NCBI GenBank assembly: GCA_964016885.1
Contig: OZ024757.1
Span: 5,022,001 to 5,086,000, forward strand
Source of the DNA: Eledone cirrhosa
Lineage: Eukaryota
Length of the DNA stretch: 64,000 nucleotides
Direction of reading: 5' to 3'
Shown here piece by piece: positions 40,860 to 55,407 of this stretch (its first letter is position 1; each line of letters starts with the position of its first letter). Made by a program: the position numbers and the translations under genes. Below the pieces are notes generated by a model. The model did no database searches, had not been told where the DNA came from, and worked only from the letters and a program-made list of their open reading frames with translations.

Positions 40860-41303
40860 TAGCTGGTTGTCTGTCTCTCTGTAACCTAGGTGACCCTATG
40901 TCTCCCTGAGGTCTGTACCCTAGGTGACCCTATGTCTCCCTGAGGTCTGTACCCTAGGTGTCTCTGTGTCTCCCTGAGGTCTGTACCCTAGGTGACTGGG
41001 TGTCTCCCTGAGGTCTGTACCCTAGGTGTATCTGTGTCTCTATGAGGTCTGTACCCTAGGTGACTGGGTGTCTCCCTGAGGTCTGTACCCTAGGTGACTG
41101 GGTGTCTGTCTGAGGTCTGTACCCTAGGTGGCTCTGTGTCTCTCTAAGGTCTGTAGCCTAGGTGGCTCTGTGTCTGTCTGAGGTCTGTACCCTAGGTGGC
41201 TCTGTGTCTCTCTAACGTTTGTACCCTAGGTGGCTCTGTGTCTCTCTGAGGTCTGTACCCTAGGTGGCTCTGTGTCTCTCTAAGGTATGTACTCTAGGTA
41301 GCT
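40860..41303 (+). repeat. 34-bp minisatellite (~13 copies)
   Basis: Same unit as at 21325. Confidence 0.95.
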
Positions 41304-41309
41304 GTATAT

Positions 41310-44300
41310 AAGGACTAGAACTCTTTAATTAGAATGAAATAGTAGATTATATGCAATATTTAATGCAGAAATGGCTTCTACAAGACTAAAACTCATTAAT
41401 ATGAGGGGTATTAGTAGATTATTTGCCATATTTAATACAGAAATGGGTTCTAAAGGACTAGAACTTTTTAATTTGAATCAAATAGTAGTATATATGCAAT
41501 ATTTACTACAGAAATGCCTTCTACATGACTAAGAGTCATTAATATGAGGGGTATTAGTAGTAAATATGACATATTTAATACGCAAATGGCTTCTAAATGA
41601 AGAGATCTCTTTAATTCGATGGATATATACTGTATATCCAATATTTAATGGCTTCTACGAGACTAAAACTCATTAATATGAGGGTATTAGTAGTGTATAT
41701 GCGATATTTAATACAGAAATGCTTTCTAAAGTATAAGAACTCTTTAATTCGAATCAAATACTAGTATATATCCTATATTTAATACAGAAATGGCTTCTAC
41801 AAGAATAAAACTCATTAATATGAGGTGTATTAGTAGATTCTATGCCATATTTAATACAGAAATGGCTTTTAAATGACTAGAACTCTTTAATTCAAATCAA
41901 ATAGTAGTATATTTCCTATATTTAATGCAGAAATGGCTTCTACAAGAATTAAACTCATTAATATGATGGTTATTAGTAGTATATATGCCATATTTAATAC
42001 GGAAATGGCTTCTAAATGCAGAGAACTCATTTATTCAATGGAAATAGTAGTATATATGCAATATTTAATACAGAAATTGGTTCTACAAGACTAAAACTCA
42101 TTAATATGAGGTGTATTATTACATTATATGCCATATTAATACAGAAATGGGTTCTATAGAACTAGAACTCTTTAAATCGAATCAAATAGTAGTATATATC
42201 GTATATTTAATACAGAAACGTCTTCTACAGGAAGACAACTAATTTATTTGGAGGAAATAGAAGTATATATGTAATATTTAATACAGAAATAATTTCCACA
42301 GAGCTAGAAACCAGTAATTCGAAGGAAATAGTAAAGTATACACAATATTTGATACAGAAATGGCCTCTAAAATACTAGGACTCTTTAATTTGATGGAAAT
42401 AGTAGAGTATATGCAATATTTAATAAATAAATGGCTTCTAAACGAGTAAAACGAATATAATTAGAGGAAATGGTAGTATATATGCCATATTTAATACAGA
42501 AATGGCATCTAAAGCAGTAGAACTCTTTAATTTTAGGGAAACTTTACAGTATATGCAATATTCAATAGAGAAATGACTATCAAAGGACTAGAACTAATAT
42601 ATTTGGAGGAAATAGTAGTATATATCTAATATTTAATACAGAAATTGCTTCTGAAGCACTAGAACTCTTTAATTTGAAGGATATTAATAGATTATATGCA
42701 ATATTTAATATGTAAATAGATTCCACAGGGCTAGAACTCATTAATTCGAAGGAAATAGTAGTGTATATGCAATATTTAATACAGAAACGGCTTCTACACG
42801 ATTAAAACTAATATATTTGGCGGAAATGGTAGTATGTATCATCATCATCATCATCATCATCATCATTTTACGTCCGCTTTTCCCTGCTTGCAAGGGTGTG
42901 ACAGGAACTGATTCTGGCTTGATTTCTACAGCTGGATGCCCTTCCTAAAACCAACCTCATTTACAGTGAGTGCTGGGTGCTTTTTTGCTGTGGCACCTCC
43001 ACAACCACTTTGCAGTGGAATGATAGGGACCCCAGTCCCTATCATCTCATTTCTACAGCTGAGTAAACTGGAGCAATGTGAAATAAAGTGTTTTGCTCAA
43101 GGAAACAACACATCACCCGGTCTGAGAATTGAACTCACAACCTTTCGATTGCAAGGCCAATGCTCTAACCACTAAGCCATGCAATATTTAATACAGAAAT
43201 GTCTTCTACAGTACTAGAACTTTTAATTCAAAGAAAATAGTAGAATATATGCAATATTTAATAAAGAAATGGCTTCTAAAAGAGTAAAATTAATATCGTT
43301 TGAGGAAATAGTAGTATATATGTAATACTTAATAAATAAATGGCTTCTACAGGACTAAAACTCACTGATTTGAAGGGTATTAGTAGATTATATGCATACT
43401 TAATACGGAAATGGCTTCTAAAGGACTAAAGCTCATTAATTTGAGGGAAATAGTAGTGTATGTGCAATATTTAATACAGAAATGGCTTCTAAAGGAATAG
43501 AACTCTTCGATTCGAAGGAAATAGTATATTATATGCAACATTTAATATAGAAATGGTTTCTAAAGGGCTAAATCTCATTAATTTGAAGGAAATAGTACAT
43601 TATATGCAATATTTAATAGAGAAATGGCTTCTACAGGACGAAAACTCATTAATTGGAAGGATATTAGTAGATTATATGCCATATTTAATACAGAAATGGC
43701 TTCTAAAAGACTAGAACTCCTCAATTCAAAGGAAATAGTAGATTAAATGCCATATTTAATACAGAAATGGCTGTCTGGAGACTAGAACGAATACATTTGT
43801 ATATGTGCAATATTTAATACAGAAAAGTCTAGAAAAGGACTAGAAAAAGACTAGAAATTTTAATTCAAAGGAAATAGTACATTATATGCCATATTTTATA
43901 TGGAAATGGCTTCTTGAGGACAAGAACTTTTTAATTTGTAGTAAATAGTAGTATGAAAGCAATATTTAATACAGAAATGGCTTCTACAGGACTAAAACTC
44001 TTTAATTTGAAGAGTATTAATAGATTATATGCAATATTTAATAGATAAATAGCTTCTACAGTGCTACAACTCATTAATTTGAACAAAATAGTAGTGTCTA
44101 TGCAATATTTAATACAGAAATGACTTCTACGGGGCTTTTAAGGGTATTACTAGATTTTATGCTATATTTAATACATAAGTGGTCTCTAAAATACTAGAAC
44201 TCTTCAATACGAAGGAAATAGTAGATTATATGCCAAATATAATAAGGAAATTGCCTCTAAAGGCGTAAAGCTCATAAATTCGAGGGAAATAGTAGTCTAT

Positions 44301-45733
44301 GTGCAATATTTCCTTTGAATTAATGAGTTCTAGCCCTGTGGAATCTATTTACGTATTAAATATTGCATATAATTTATTAATATCCTTCAAATTAAAGAGT
44401 TCTAGTGCTTCAGAAGACATTACATATATACTACTATTTCCTGCAAATATATTAGTTCTAGTCCTTTGACAGCCATTTCTGTATTGAATATTGCATATAC
44501 TGTACTATTTCCCTAAAATTAAAGAGTTCTAGTGCTTTAGAAGCCATTTCTGTATTAAATATGGCATATATACTACTATTTCCTCCAATTATATTAGTTT
44601 TACTTCTTTAGAAGCCATTTATTTATTAAATAATGCATATACTCTACTATTTCCATCAAATTGAATAATTCTAGTATTTTAGAAGCCATTTCTGTATTAA
44701 ATATTGTGTATACTCTACTATTTCCTTCGCATTACTGGTTTCTAGGTCTGTGGAAGCTATTTCTGTATTAAATATTACATATATACTTCTATTTCCTCCA
44801 AATATATTAGTTGTCATCCTGTAGAAGACTTTTCTGTATTAAATATTGCATATACACTACTATTCCCTTCGAATTAATGAGTTCTTGTCCTTAAGAAGCC
44901 ATTTCCATATTTAATATGGCATATATTGTACTATTTTATTTGAATTAAAATTTATAGTCCTTGAGAAGCCATTTCTGTATTAAATATTGCACATACATTA
45001 CTATTTCCCTCGAATTAATGAGATTTAATCGTTTAGAAGCCATTTCCGTATTAAATATGGCATATAATCTACTAATACACTTCAAATTAAAGAGTTCTAC
45101 TGCTTTATAAGCCATTCCTTTAGTAAATATGACATATATACTACTATTTCCCCCAATTATATTAGTTTTATTCCCTTAAAAGCCATTTCTTTATTAAATA
45201 TTGCATATAATCTATGAATACCCTTCAAATTAATGAGTTTCAGCCCCGTAGAAACTATTTCTGTATTAAATATTGCATATACACTACCATTTGATTTCAA
45301 TTAATGAGTTCTTGCCCTGTAGAAGCTATTTATATATTAAATATTGCATATAATCTACTAATACTCTTCAAATTAAAGCGGTTTTGTCTTGTAGAAGCTA
45401 TTTCTGTATTAAATATTGCATACATACTACTATTTACTACAAATTAAAGAGTTATTGTCCTTAAGAAGCCATTTCCATATTAAATATGGCATATAATGTA
45501 CTATTTCCTTCAAATTAAAAGTTGTAGTCATTTAGAAGCCATTTCTGTATTAAATATGGCATATAATCTACTAACATCCTTCGAATTACTGAGTTTTCAT
45601 CCTGTACAAGCCATTTCTGTATTAAATATGGCATTTATACTACTATTTCTCCTTTGAATCAGAGATTTCTAGTCCTTTAGAAACCATATCTGTATTAAAT
45701 ATTGCATATAATGTACTATTTCCTTCAAATTAA
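41310..45733. repeat. 71-bp satellite (B to ~44310, then A)
   Basis: Monomer motifs; 44538 onward duplicates window position 1 onward. Confidence 0.93.
42839..43180 (-). mobile_element. SINE family 2 inserted in satellite
   Basis: (cat)n tail, RTE-like tail and tRNA head ending ctaaccactaagccat. Confidence 0.85.
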
Positions 45734-45928
45734 TGCCAGTTGAAGGAAGAAGTGGTAGAGGTAGACCGCGAAAAACATGGGCAGAGGTGGTGAGAACAGA
45801 CCTCAGATCGTTGAAGCTCACGGTGATGACGAAGGACCGTGACAAGTGGAGAGATGCTGTGCTTAATAAGACCCGGCCCACCCTTGCAAGCAGGGAAAAG
45901 CAGAGTAGAATGATGATGATGATGATGA
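45733..45928 (+). mobile_element. RTE 3' fragment (duplicate of 1034-1256)
   Basis: Same 5' junction ttaatgccagttg. Confidence 0.9.
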
Positions 45929-45939
45929 TATATATATAT

Positions 45940-45970
<31 letters not shown>

Positions 45971-46041
45971 CACATATGTATATATAACATCCATACACAC
46001 ACACACATATTCACACACGTAAATATATATATATATAGATG

Positions 46042-46094
<53 letters not shown>

Positions 46095-46665
46095 TTCAAG
46101 AGTAACCAATCTTAAAGAGAGAGATGGAGATATGAGAGGAGAGATTGGTGAATTAGTTAGAAGCCAAAGCGTAAAGGCATGTGCTCAATGTGCAATATGT
46201 AGTGGAATGCAGCTAGGTGGCTGGGTTCATGCAGAAGTTAGGTGCACAGAGCTGGAAATATTCATTACTTAAGCAAAACAAGACCACAGATTTCACAAGG
46301 AAGACATTACTAAAAGAATGTCAACATATTTTAGTTTGATGCAAGGAATGTAGAGAATAATAATAATAATATTAATAATAATTGTTTCTACTTTTTGGCA
46401 CAAGGCCAGCAATTATCCCAGTACATTACTGGTACTTTATTTTATCGACCCGGTAAGGATGAAAGGCAAAGTTAACCTCTGCGGGATTATATATCATAAT
46501 GATTATATATCATTATATATCATTATTGATCTGGTTCAGTTGAAAATAATTAATTATTTTCAACTGAACCAGATCAATAATAATATATAATCATCTGATC
46601 CAGAAATATTATATGGAGTAGCGAAACAATTGTAAACGGACATTATTATTATTAATATTATTAAA

Positions 46666-46855
46666 GGGCGGTGGATTGGCAGTATCGGTAGAGGGTTGGA
46701 CGCCATGTTTTCTAGCACAGAGTTACGTCCCTTTACAGTCTGAGTTCAAATCCCGCCGAGGTTAACTTTGCCTTTCATCCTTACGGGGTCGATAAAATAA
46801 AGTACCAGTAATGTACTGGGATAATTGCTGGCCTTGTGCCTAAAGTAGAAACAAT
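46666..46855 (+). mobile_element. SINE family 1 (duplicate of 2557-2745)
   Basis: Near-identical sequence and left flank. Confidence 0.85.
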
Positions 46856-46865
46856 TATATTTATG

Positions 46866-48235
<1,370 letters not shown>

Positions 48236-48344
48236 GTATGTATATGTATATATATATATATACACACATATGTATATATAACATCCATACACTCACACAC
48301 GTATATATAACATCCATACACTCACACACGTATATATATATATA

Positions 48345-48961
48345 TATATTGTTATACTTTGGGAGGGTCATGTTGCCAATGAGAAACACACGCACCAGTT
48401 GCTTTCACTTCAATTTATTATATATTTATAAATTTATAAATTTATGGTTAGTTCCACAACCAGATAGTTGTTTATATATAGTCATAGTCCTTTCGTCACA
48501 CACTCTGTGACCTCTTCAGTGACTGGGGATTCCTTTCTTTGTTTCTGTGGCTCTCCTTTGTTCTGTCCTACGCCATTTTGTTTCTGTGTGTGTGTTGTGT
48601 GCTCAGTTTGCGCATGTGCCACATCCGGGTGTCTGTGTGTGTTTATGTTCATTTATTTATTTGTTTATTTACATGTTACTGGTTGGTTGTTTGTTCTATG
48701 TGTGTGTGTGTTTTCATTTTGTCCTTAATTGTAAGTTGTGATGTTGCTGTTCCACTCATATTTTCTATTTAATTTTGGTTGTAATTCTTTTATGTTTATT
48801 GCCTCTGTAAATTTATAAATTTATAAATATATAATAAATTGAAGTGAAAGCAACTGGTGCGTGTGTTTCTTATTGGCAACATGACCCTCCCAAAGTATAA
48901 CAATATCGGTTTCAACACACGATTTCAGATAAAGAATCTTGCTAAACAAATTCAGAAACGA
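48345..48961. mobile_element. Penelope-derived foldback with ~100-bp inverted arms
   Basis: 48345-48445 is the inverse of 48808-48906; hammerhead inside; related copy at 63003-63235. Confidence 0.75.
48480..48524 (-). ncRNA. Minimal hammerhead ribozyme motif
   Basis: AGTCA-CTGAAGA-G-GTCACA-gagtg-TGTGAC-GAAA-GGAC-TA-TGACT. Confidence 0.72.
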
Positions 48962-48989
48962 TATATATATATGTATATATATATATGTA

Positions 48990-49325
48990 TATAGAGAAAA
49001 TTGAGGTTGGTAATGGCACATGGAATATATAAGAGACAGAATACTTTTTTGTGAAAAAACATATAATTTTATAAGGTAAGGAAATAATAAAGGGTATAAA
49101 AAATCACCGGTTTCGATGGGTCTGCAAAAGCCATCTTTTCAAATGTTGATTAATATTAATATTAATCAACATTTGAAAAGATGGCTTTTGCAGACCCATC
49201 GAAACCGGTGATTTTTTATACCCTTTATTATTTCCTTACCTTATAAAATTATATGTTTTTTCACAAAAAAGTATTCTGTCTCTTATATATTCCATGTGCC
49301 ATTACCAACCTCAATTTTCTCTATA
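48990..49325. repeat. Perfect 336-bp spacerless palindrome
   Basis: Centre between 49157 and 49158; arms read as exact reverse complements by eye. Confidence 0.92.
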
Positions 49326-49419
49326 ACCTTCGTTTTGTGTAGTAAATTACAATTTTCATATATGTATATATATATATACACACATATGTATATATAACAT
49401 CCATACACACACACACACG

Positions 49420-49534
<115 letters not shown>

Positions 49535-49547
49535 GTATATGTATATA

Positions 49548-49600
<53 letters not shown>

Positions 49601-49604
49601 GTAT

Positions 49605-49650
<46 letters not shown>

Positions 49651-49713
49651 GGACACACACATGTGTATATACATGTTTGGGTGCTCTCTCTCTCTCTCTC
49701 TATATATATATAT

Positions 49714-50448
49714 CAGTGGTCCCCACCCTTTTCTGCACCATGCCCCTCCTTAATCTAAAATATGTTTATGTTCCCCTTTAATATAAACACAAACTGAGAG
49801 TTGTAAAACTAATATAAAGTAGAAATCCTTTAATGTACTGGGGCCGGTATTAACAAGAAAATATATTGGATGTGTTGCCCCAGCATGGCCTTAGTCGAAT
49901 GAGCAACTAAAATAATAAAATGCTAGAAATAGCAGTCAAATACCAACAGCCAGGACCAAATCAACTGCACACCCGCAAAACTTTTGACATGATTTTTGCG
50001 ATTAAGTAAGACAAGAGTTACCTTTCTTGGCAAAAACACCCGGGTTTGTTTACATTAAATTTTCTAGTTTAAAATATTTTCACTGATTTTAAGCCAAAGT
50101 TTTTTAATGGCTGCCACTTCCGGTTTGTGTTGTGCCTCTACAGGACAGCAGTAAACCTGCTAGAAATAGCAGTCTCAGCAACACACTCACATATATTTAT
50201 ATATCAGGGATTCCCAACGAGGGGTGCACGCCACACTGGGGTTAATTTTAATATAATAGGGGCCAATTTGAAAGTTATATAATACGACCCAACTTCCAGT
50301 TACACTTCGTCTACACATGTTATCGTGTATCTGGCAGCACCTACGAGAAGTCTGTTTAGATTTTGGAGTTTGCTTTTATATTAAAGGGGAACATAAACAT
50401 ATTTTAGATTGAGGAGGGGCATGGTGTAGAAATGGTTGGGGACCACTG
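49714..50448. mobile_element. hAT/Charlie-like MITE with ~70-bp TIRs
   Basis: cagtggtcccc...cccctttaatataaa and tttatattaaagggg...ggggaccactg; fragments also at 4109, 5479, 7484-7940, 10742, 32590-33490, 37140 and 56915-57115. Confidence 0.75.
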
Positions 50449-50472
50449 ATACGTATATATATATATATATGT

Positions 50473-50531
<59 letters not shown>

Positions 50532-50640
50532 GAGAGAGAGAGAGAAAGAGTGGGAGAGAGCGCACCCAAACACACATATCGACACATACGCACACACAGA
50601 CATCTATATATATGTGTGTGTCCGTGTGTGAGATTGGCTG

Positions 50641-50732
<92 letters not shown>

Positions 50733-50854
50733 TGGAAGAGAGAGCACCCGAACACACACACATGTTTACACACACGCACACACAGACATCTATATATATG
50801 TGTGTGTCCGCGTGTGAGAGCTGCTATATATATATATATATATATATATATAGC

Positions 50855-52095
50855 ATGTATGATGTAACCGATATGGTGGAGAAGAGAGGAACCAACCAAG
50901 AGCTACCCCGGAAATCCCCTCTACCATGGGGATGAAAAAACCCCTGACACTGGACGGGCGTAATAGTATCTTTCGGCAGGATAAATACGCGGAAACAAAA
51001 AATAAGATAAACCCCTATTTTCCTGCACCAAATCGCTTCTGAACAGAGGCCCCCTCAATTCAATCTATACATGGACAGATGGACAATCATATGGATCATT
51101 TTACATATATGTACTCTGTGTTTTTGCACTTATTCACTATTGTCTCTGTTCTTTTCTTTTCTTTTGTGTAGTTTTTGTCTGTTTTTCTTTGACTCTGTTC
51201 CATGTGATGGAAAGTATGACCGTGTAACGGATTGACTAATGCCTTGAACCATGTGGTTTGCCCTCCTTTATAAGGTCCGGCACTGCCGTTCAATATCTGT
51301 AACACTAGAACATATTACTTAAACATCTCTCTCCATATTATTTACTCACTTCAATGTATATCTTTACTTAATCCGAATTATTACTTGAAAAAAATTTTTG
51401 AATTTAGAATTTTTGAATTCTTTATTGTTTAATTTATAATCTCTGATATTTGATTTAGGATTTTAACCTTTAATTTTAATTTTTATTCCCAACTCTCACT
51501 CTTAACTTACTATGTAAAACCATAGTACCTAGAATTAAGTTTATTTTACCTTATGAGTTGATGGTCAGTCTTACTGTCAACGCTTAGTGAAAGGTAGTAT
51601 TATGACCTATAAAAACTAACACCGTCCCATCCCCTCTGGCTTTCGGCTGACTGCCACAGTAGCGATGGGTAGCAGTAAAAACTTTGGCAAGGCCTAGGTG
51701 GGCCACTGACAGCGAATTTCGTTGAAATCTGCGGTGCTAATGGTCAACTTCCTTCGGACATGCGCTTGCGCAGACCGGTGGGGGTGAATTGGTACTCACA
51801 AGGGAACGGATGAAAAACCCAAAAGCACGAACTTAATCCGTTCCCATGTCGATTCAATCTGGATTGCCTCGGAAACAACCTTATTATGTAACAAGCTGTC
51901 TGATGATGTCATGACACCCGCACACAGAACAGTGTGGCCAGTGTCGTCATGGAAATATATATCACAGCATTATTATTAAAGGACTTGAACATTTGAAACT
52001 ACTTCGCTTTTACTTATTCGATATTTACTCCGTCACTCCTATGTGGAAAAAGTACGTTGAGTGCTTGAATTGAATTGCATCAATATTTACCCTAA
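50855..52095 (+). mobile_element. Decayed Penelope-like remnant
   Basis: Broken GIY-YIG C-terminus-like reading (HW...RKQKIR...LLNRG, ~50920-51050) and a downstream hammerhead; flanked by (TA)n. Confidence 0.5.
51895..51968 (+). ncRNA. Minimal type I hammerhead ribozyme motif
   Basis: GCTGT-CTGATGA-long stem II-GAAA-TATATA-TC-ACAGC. Confidence 0.75.
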
Positions 52096-52106
52096 TATAT
52101 ATATAT

Positions 52107-52639
52107 CCTAAACCGACGGTAGTCGGTTTAGTAATATTGTTGTCTTAGTGATTTCGTTGGCAATCGTCTCTTTACAGCATTATTAGAATGTCTTCCGATT
52201 ATCAAAATCACATGAAAGTTATATGAGCATGGAGAGTAAATCATTGCACATCTCTTAAGCTAAAAATCTCGAAATTTCGTTCAGCACAAAAAAAGTTATG
52301 ATCAAAGTTTGCTGAAAAAAACTGTGTTCAAGTGAGTAAGTGAGTGAGTAAGGGTGACGCTCTGTGCATTTTCTCTTCTTCCGACTCCAATAATCCCCCT
52401 CCTCCTCCACTTGTTTTGTTCCTCTTTCTCCCCCCCCCCCTCCCTCATCATCATTTTCTTCTTCTTCTTCTTCTTCTTCTTCATCTTCGTGTAAATATCA
52501 AGAAATAAATGATTATTGTTGTTTTATTAAGAAATGTTTGGTTCTGGTGTTGGTATTATTAAATAAGTATGTATAATGTCTATGTATAAATGCATATAAC
52601 CTTCATAAATATGATTATACTTGTATGTTTGTATGAACG

Positions 52640-52710
<71 letters not shown>

Positions 52711-53164
52711 TTTCGTACTCATTACGCATGTACGCAAATATGATTTAAATACTTAAATTGTATAAATCGGAGATTACATCTGGTATATATCCAATATAGT
52801 ATGCAAGTGAACATTTTGTTTGCAAATTAGATTTTAGATATGTACGCAACATATTAATTTTTTCATTTGTATATATATATATATATATATATATCCTAAA
52901 CCGACGGTAGTCGGTTTAGTTTAGTAATATTGTTGTCTTAGTGATTTCGTTGGCAATCGTCTCTTTACAGCATTATTAGAATGTCTTCCGATTATCAAAA
53001 TCACATGAAAGTTATATGAGCATGGAGAGTAAATCATTGCACATCTCTTAAGCTAAAAATCTCGAAATTTCGTTCAGCACAAAAAAAGTTATGATCAAAG
53101 TTTGCTGAAAAAAACTGTGTTCAAGTGAGTAAGTGAGTGAGTAAGGGTGACGCTCTGTGCATTT
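52107..53164. repeat. Two ~250-bp direct copies (52107-52351, 52895-53164) of a Helentron/HINE-like terminus
   Basis: Terminal hairpin ctaaaccgac-ggta-gtcggtttag next to (TA)n; (gtga)n microsatellite; copies near-identical. Confidence 0.6.
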
Positions 53165-53199
53165 GATGCATCTCTTGGGACCGGTCAGAGGAGGATAAG

Positions 53200-53810
53200 G
53201 GGTTATTCGGGGTGCGGCGCTTATTCGAACCCTCCCCCAGTGACTGCGATTATTCGGGGTGAGACGCTTATTCGAACCCCCCCCCCGCTTATTCGAACCC
53301 TCCCCCCAGTGTGACTGCGATTATTCGGGGTGCGGCGCTTATTCGAACCCTCCCCCCAGTGACTGCGGTTATTCGGGGTGCGGCGCTTATTCGAACCCTC
53401 CCCCCAGTGACTGCGATTATTCGGGGTGCGGCGCTTATTCGAACCCTCCCCCCAGTGACTGCGGTTATTCGGGGTGCGGCGCTTATTCGAACCCTCCCCC
53501 CAGTGACTGCGGTTATTCGGGGTGCGGCGCTTATTCGAACCCTCCCCCAGTGACTGCGATTATTCGGGGTGAGGCGCTTATTCGACCCCCCCCCCCCACA
53601 GTGACTGCGGTTATTCGGGGTGCGGCGCTTATTCGAACCCCCCCCCCCCCACAGTGAGTGCGATTATTCGGGGTGAGGCGCTTATTCGAACCCTCCCCCA
53701 GTGACTGCTGTTATTTGGGGTGAGGGTCTTATTCGAACCCCCCCTAGTGACTGCGGTTATTCGGGGTGCGGTGGTTATTTGAACCCCCCCCCCCCAGTGA
53801 CTGCGGTTAT
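53200..53810 (+). repeat. GC-rich 48-bp minisatellite (~12 copies)
   Basis: gattattcggggtgcggcgcttattcgaaccctccccccagtgactgc. Confidence 0.93.
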
Positions 53811-54365
53811 TTTTTTGAATTTGAATTTTAAATGTTGATACAATGTGGCAGTAAACATTAATCATTGAGCTAATTAGGAGCTATTATGTTCTCCTATCTC
53901 GCGATAAGTGGTCACACGTTGCAAACTAGTTGAGGTTGTCTTCTATTTATATTCAAATGAGTAATCACTCACTGCATTGTTCTCTTTCAAAGCAGTCGCT
54001 GATTGATATACTAGAAATTCAGAAAATCATTTGGATTTGTACTAATAGTTGTGAATAGTTGTGCTATTTTTTGTACCGATAGGTGCGAGTAGTGAACTCA
54101 TTTGCGATAGGTGCGAATAGTGTGCTCATTTGACATATGAAAATGACGTCTCTCGGCTTTTTTATCGGCTTATTTATTTTGACTATTACAAATGAAAAAT
54201 TTGTTTCCCTGCAAAAGTCTCGCCAAAATGGTCGCAAAAAAAATCGCAAAAGGTCACTTCATACGTTTCGCGGCTTTCGAAAAAAGTCACCACATACGTT
54301 TCGCGGCTTTTTGATCGGCTTATTACTTTTTTGCCTGGCGCGAAAATGCAATATTTCCATTTCGA

Positions 54366-54803
54366 ATGAAACAATTCCACAATCGGGCAATTCGAATGAT
54401 GAAATTCACATTCAGGCGGCTTTTTACAAATCCACCCTTTTTACAAATTTACCCGATTTCCAATCAGAAATATAGAACACGTGCACTGATCTTATCATTG
54501 CTTATTATCGGTTGTGTTGAATTAAATCCTGGACCTGAATTTGAATTCAATGAGACTGATAGTGCTTCCGAATGTCCCAAAGATCAAAAAATTCATAAAG
54601 AGAATGAAAAACGGAGAAAAAATGCCATTAGGAATAGGGAGTATAAAAAACGGAAAGCTGCTGAAATAAAAGAAAAAAGACAATCAGAACAAGCAAAACA
54701 TATGAATAATGCATACCAAAAAGCGCGTGAAGAAAATACAAAAATCCAAAAAAAATTATCATGTGAAAAATTGACAAAAAATCGACAAAAATGGCGTGCG
54801 TGA
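54366..54803 (+). pseudogene. Probable transposon ORF N-terminal fragment with a 2A-like motif and K/R/E-rich region
   Basis: LILSLLIIGCVELNPGP (ends 54536) then KRRKNAIRNREYKKRKAAE; runs into a tandem repeat. Confidence 0.5.
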
Positions 54804-54986
54804 AGAAAATCCAAAAATCCAAAAAAAAATTATCATGTGAAAAATTGACAAAAAATCGACAAAAATGGCGCGCGTGAAAAAAAATCAAAAAAACCCAAAA
54901 AAATTTGCATGTGAAAAATTGACAAAAAATCGACCAAAAATGGCGCGCGTGAAAAAAATCCCAAAAAAATTTGCATGTGAAAATTG
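54724..54986 (+). repeat. ~75-bp A-rich tandem repeat (~3.5 copies)
   Basis: gcgtgaa...catgtgaaaaattgacaaaaaatcgacaaaaatggcg repeated. Confidence 0.85.
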
Positions 54987-55407
54987 ATATTTGCCTTCTA
55001 TTGCATTAGAATGCAAATTTGCTCCATTTAGATTCAGTTGTTAATGCTCACCTACTAATTTAAAAAAATTGTATTTTCTTAAATGACTCTTATTTATCAT
55101 AAGTTAATATTTTTAAGATAGGTGAGTGCTCCACGATCTGACCTATGTCCCCGCCATGTGGAGTGGATGCTTGTACCAATTAGATAAAATATCTCAACTT
55201 ATTTCTGTGACTCCAATGCACAGGCTGACACTGTAGCTTGAATTAAATTCAAAATTGGTACAAGTAACTAAGAGGTCACAAAAGAATAGCTTCACTTTCA
55301 CCTATAGTTTTCATTAACATCATTTTTGGGATTTTTTGATAGAAGTAACTAAAGTAATAACTATTTAATTAAGTAGTTGTTGTTTGCATTGCCTTGAAAA
55401 ATAGGAA

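Noticed and set aside
53259-53657. Cys/Gly/Pro repeat protein (SDCGYSGCGAYSNPPP)n
   Set aside because: The 48-bp unit is divisible by 3; C-run length changes shift the frame and a second frame is equally open.
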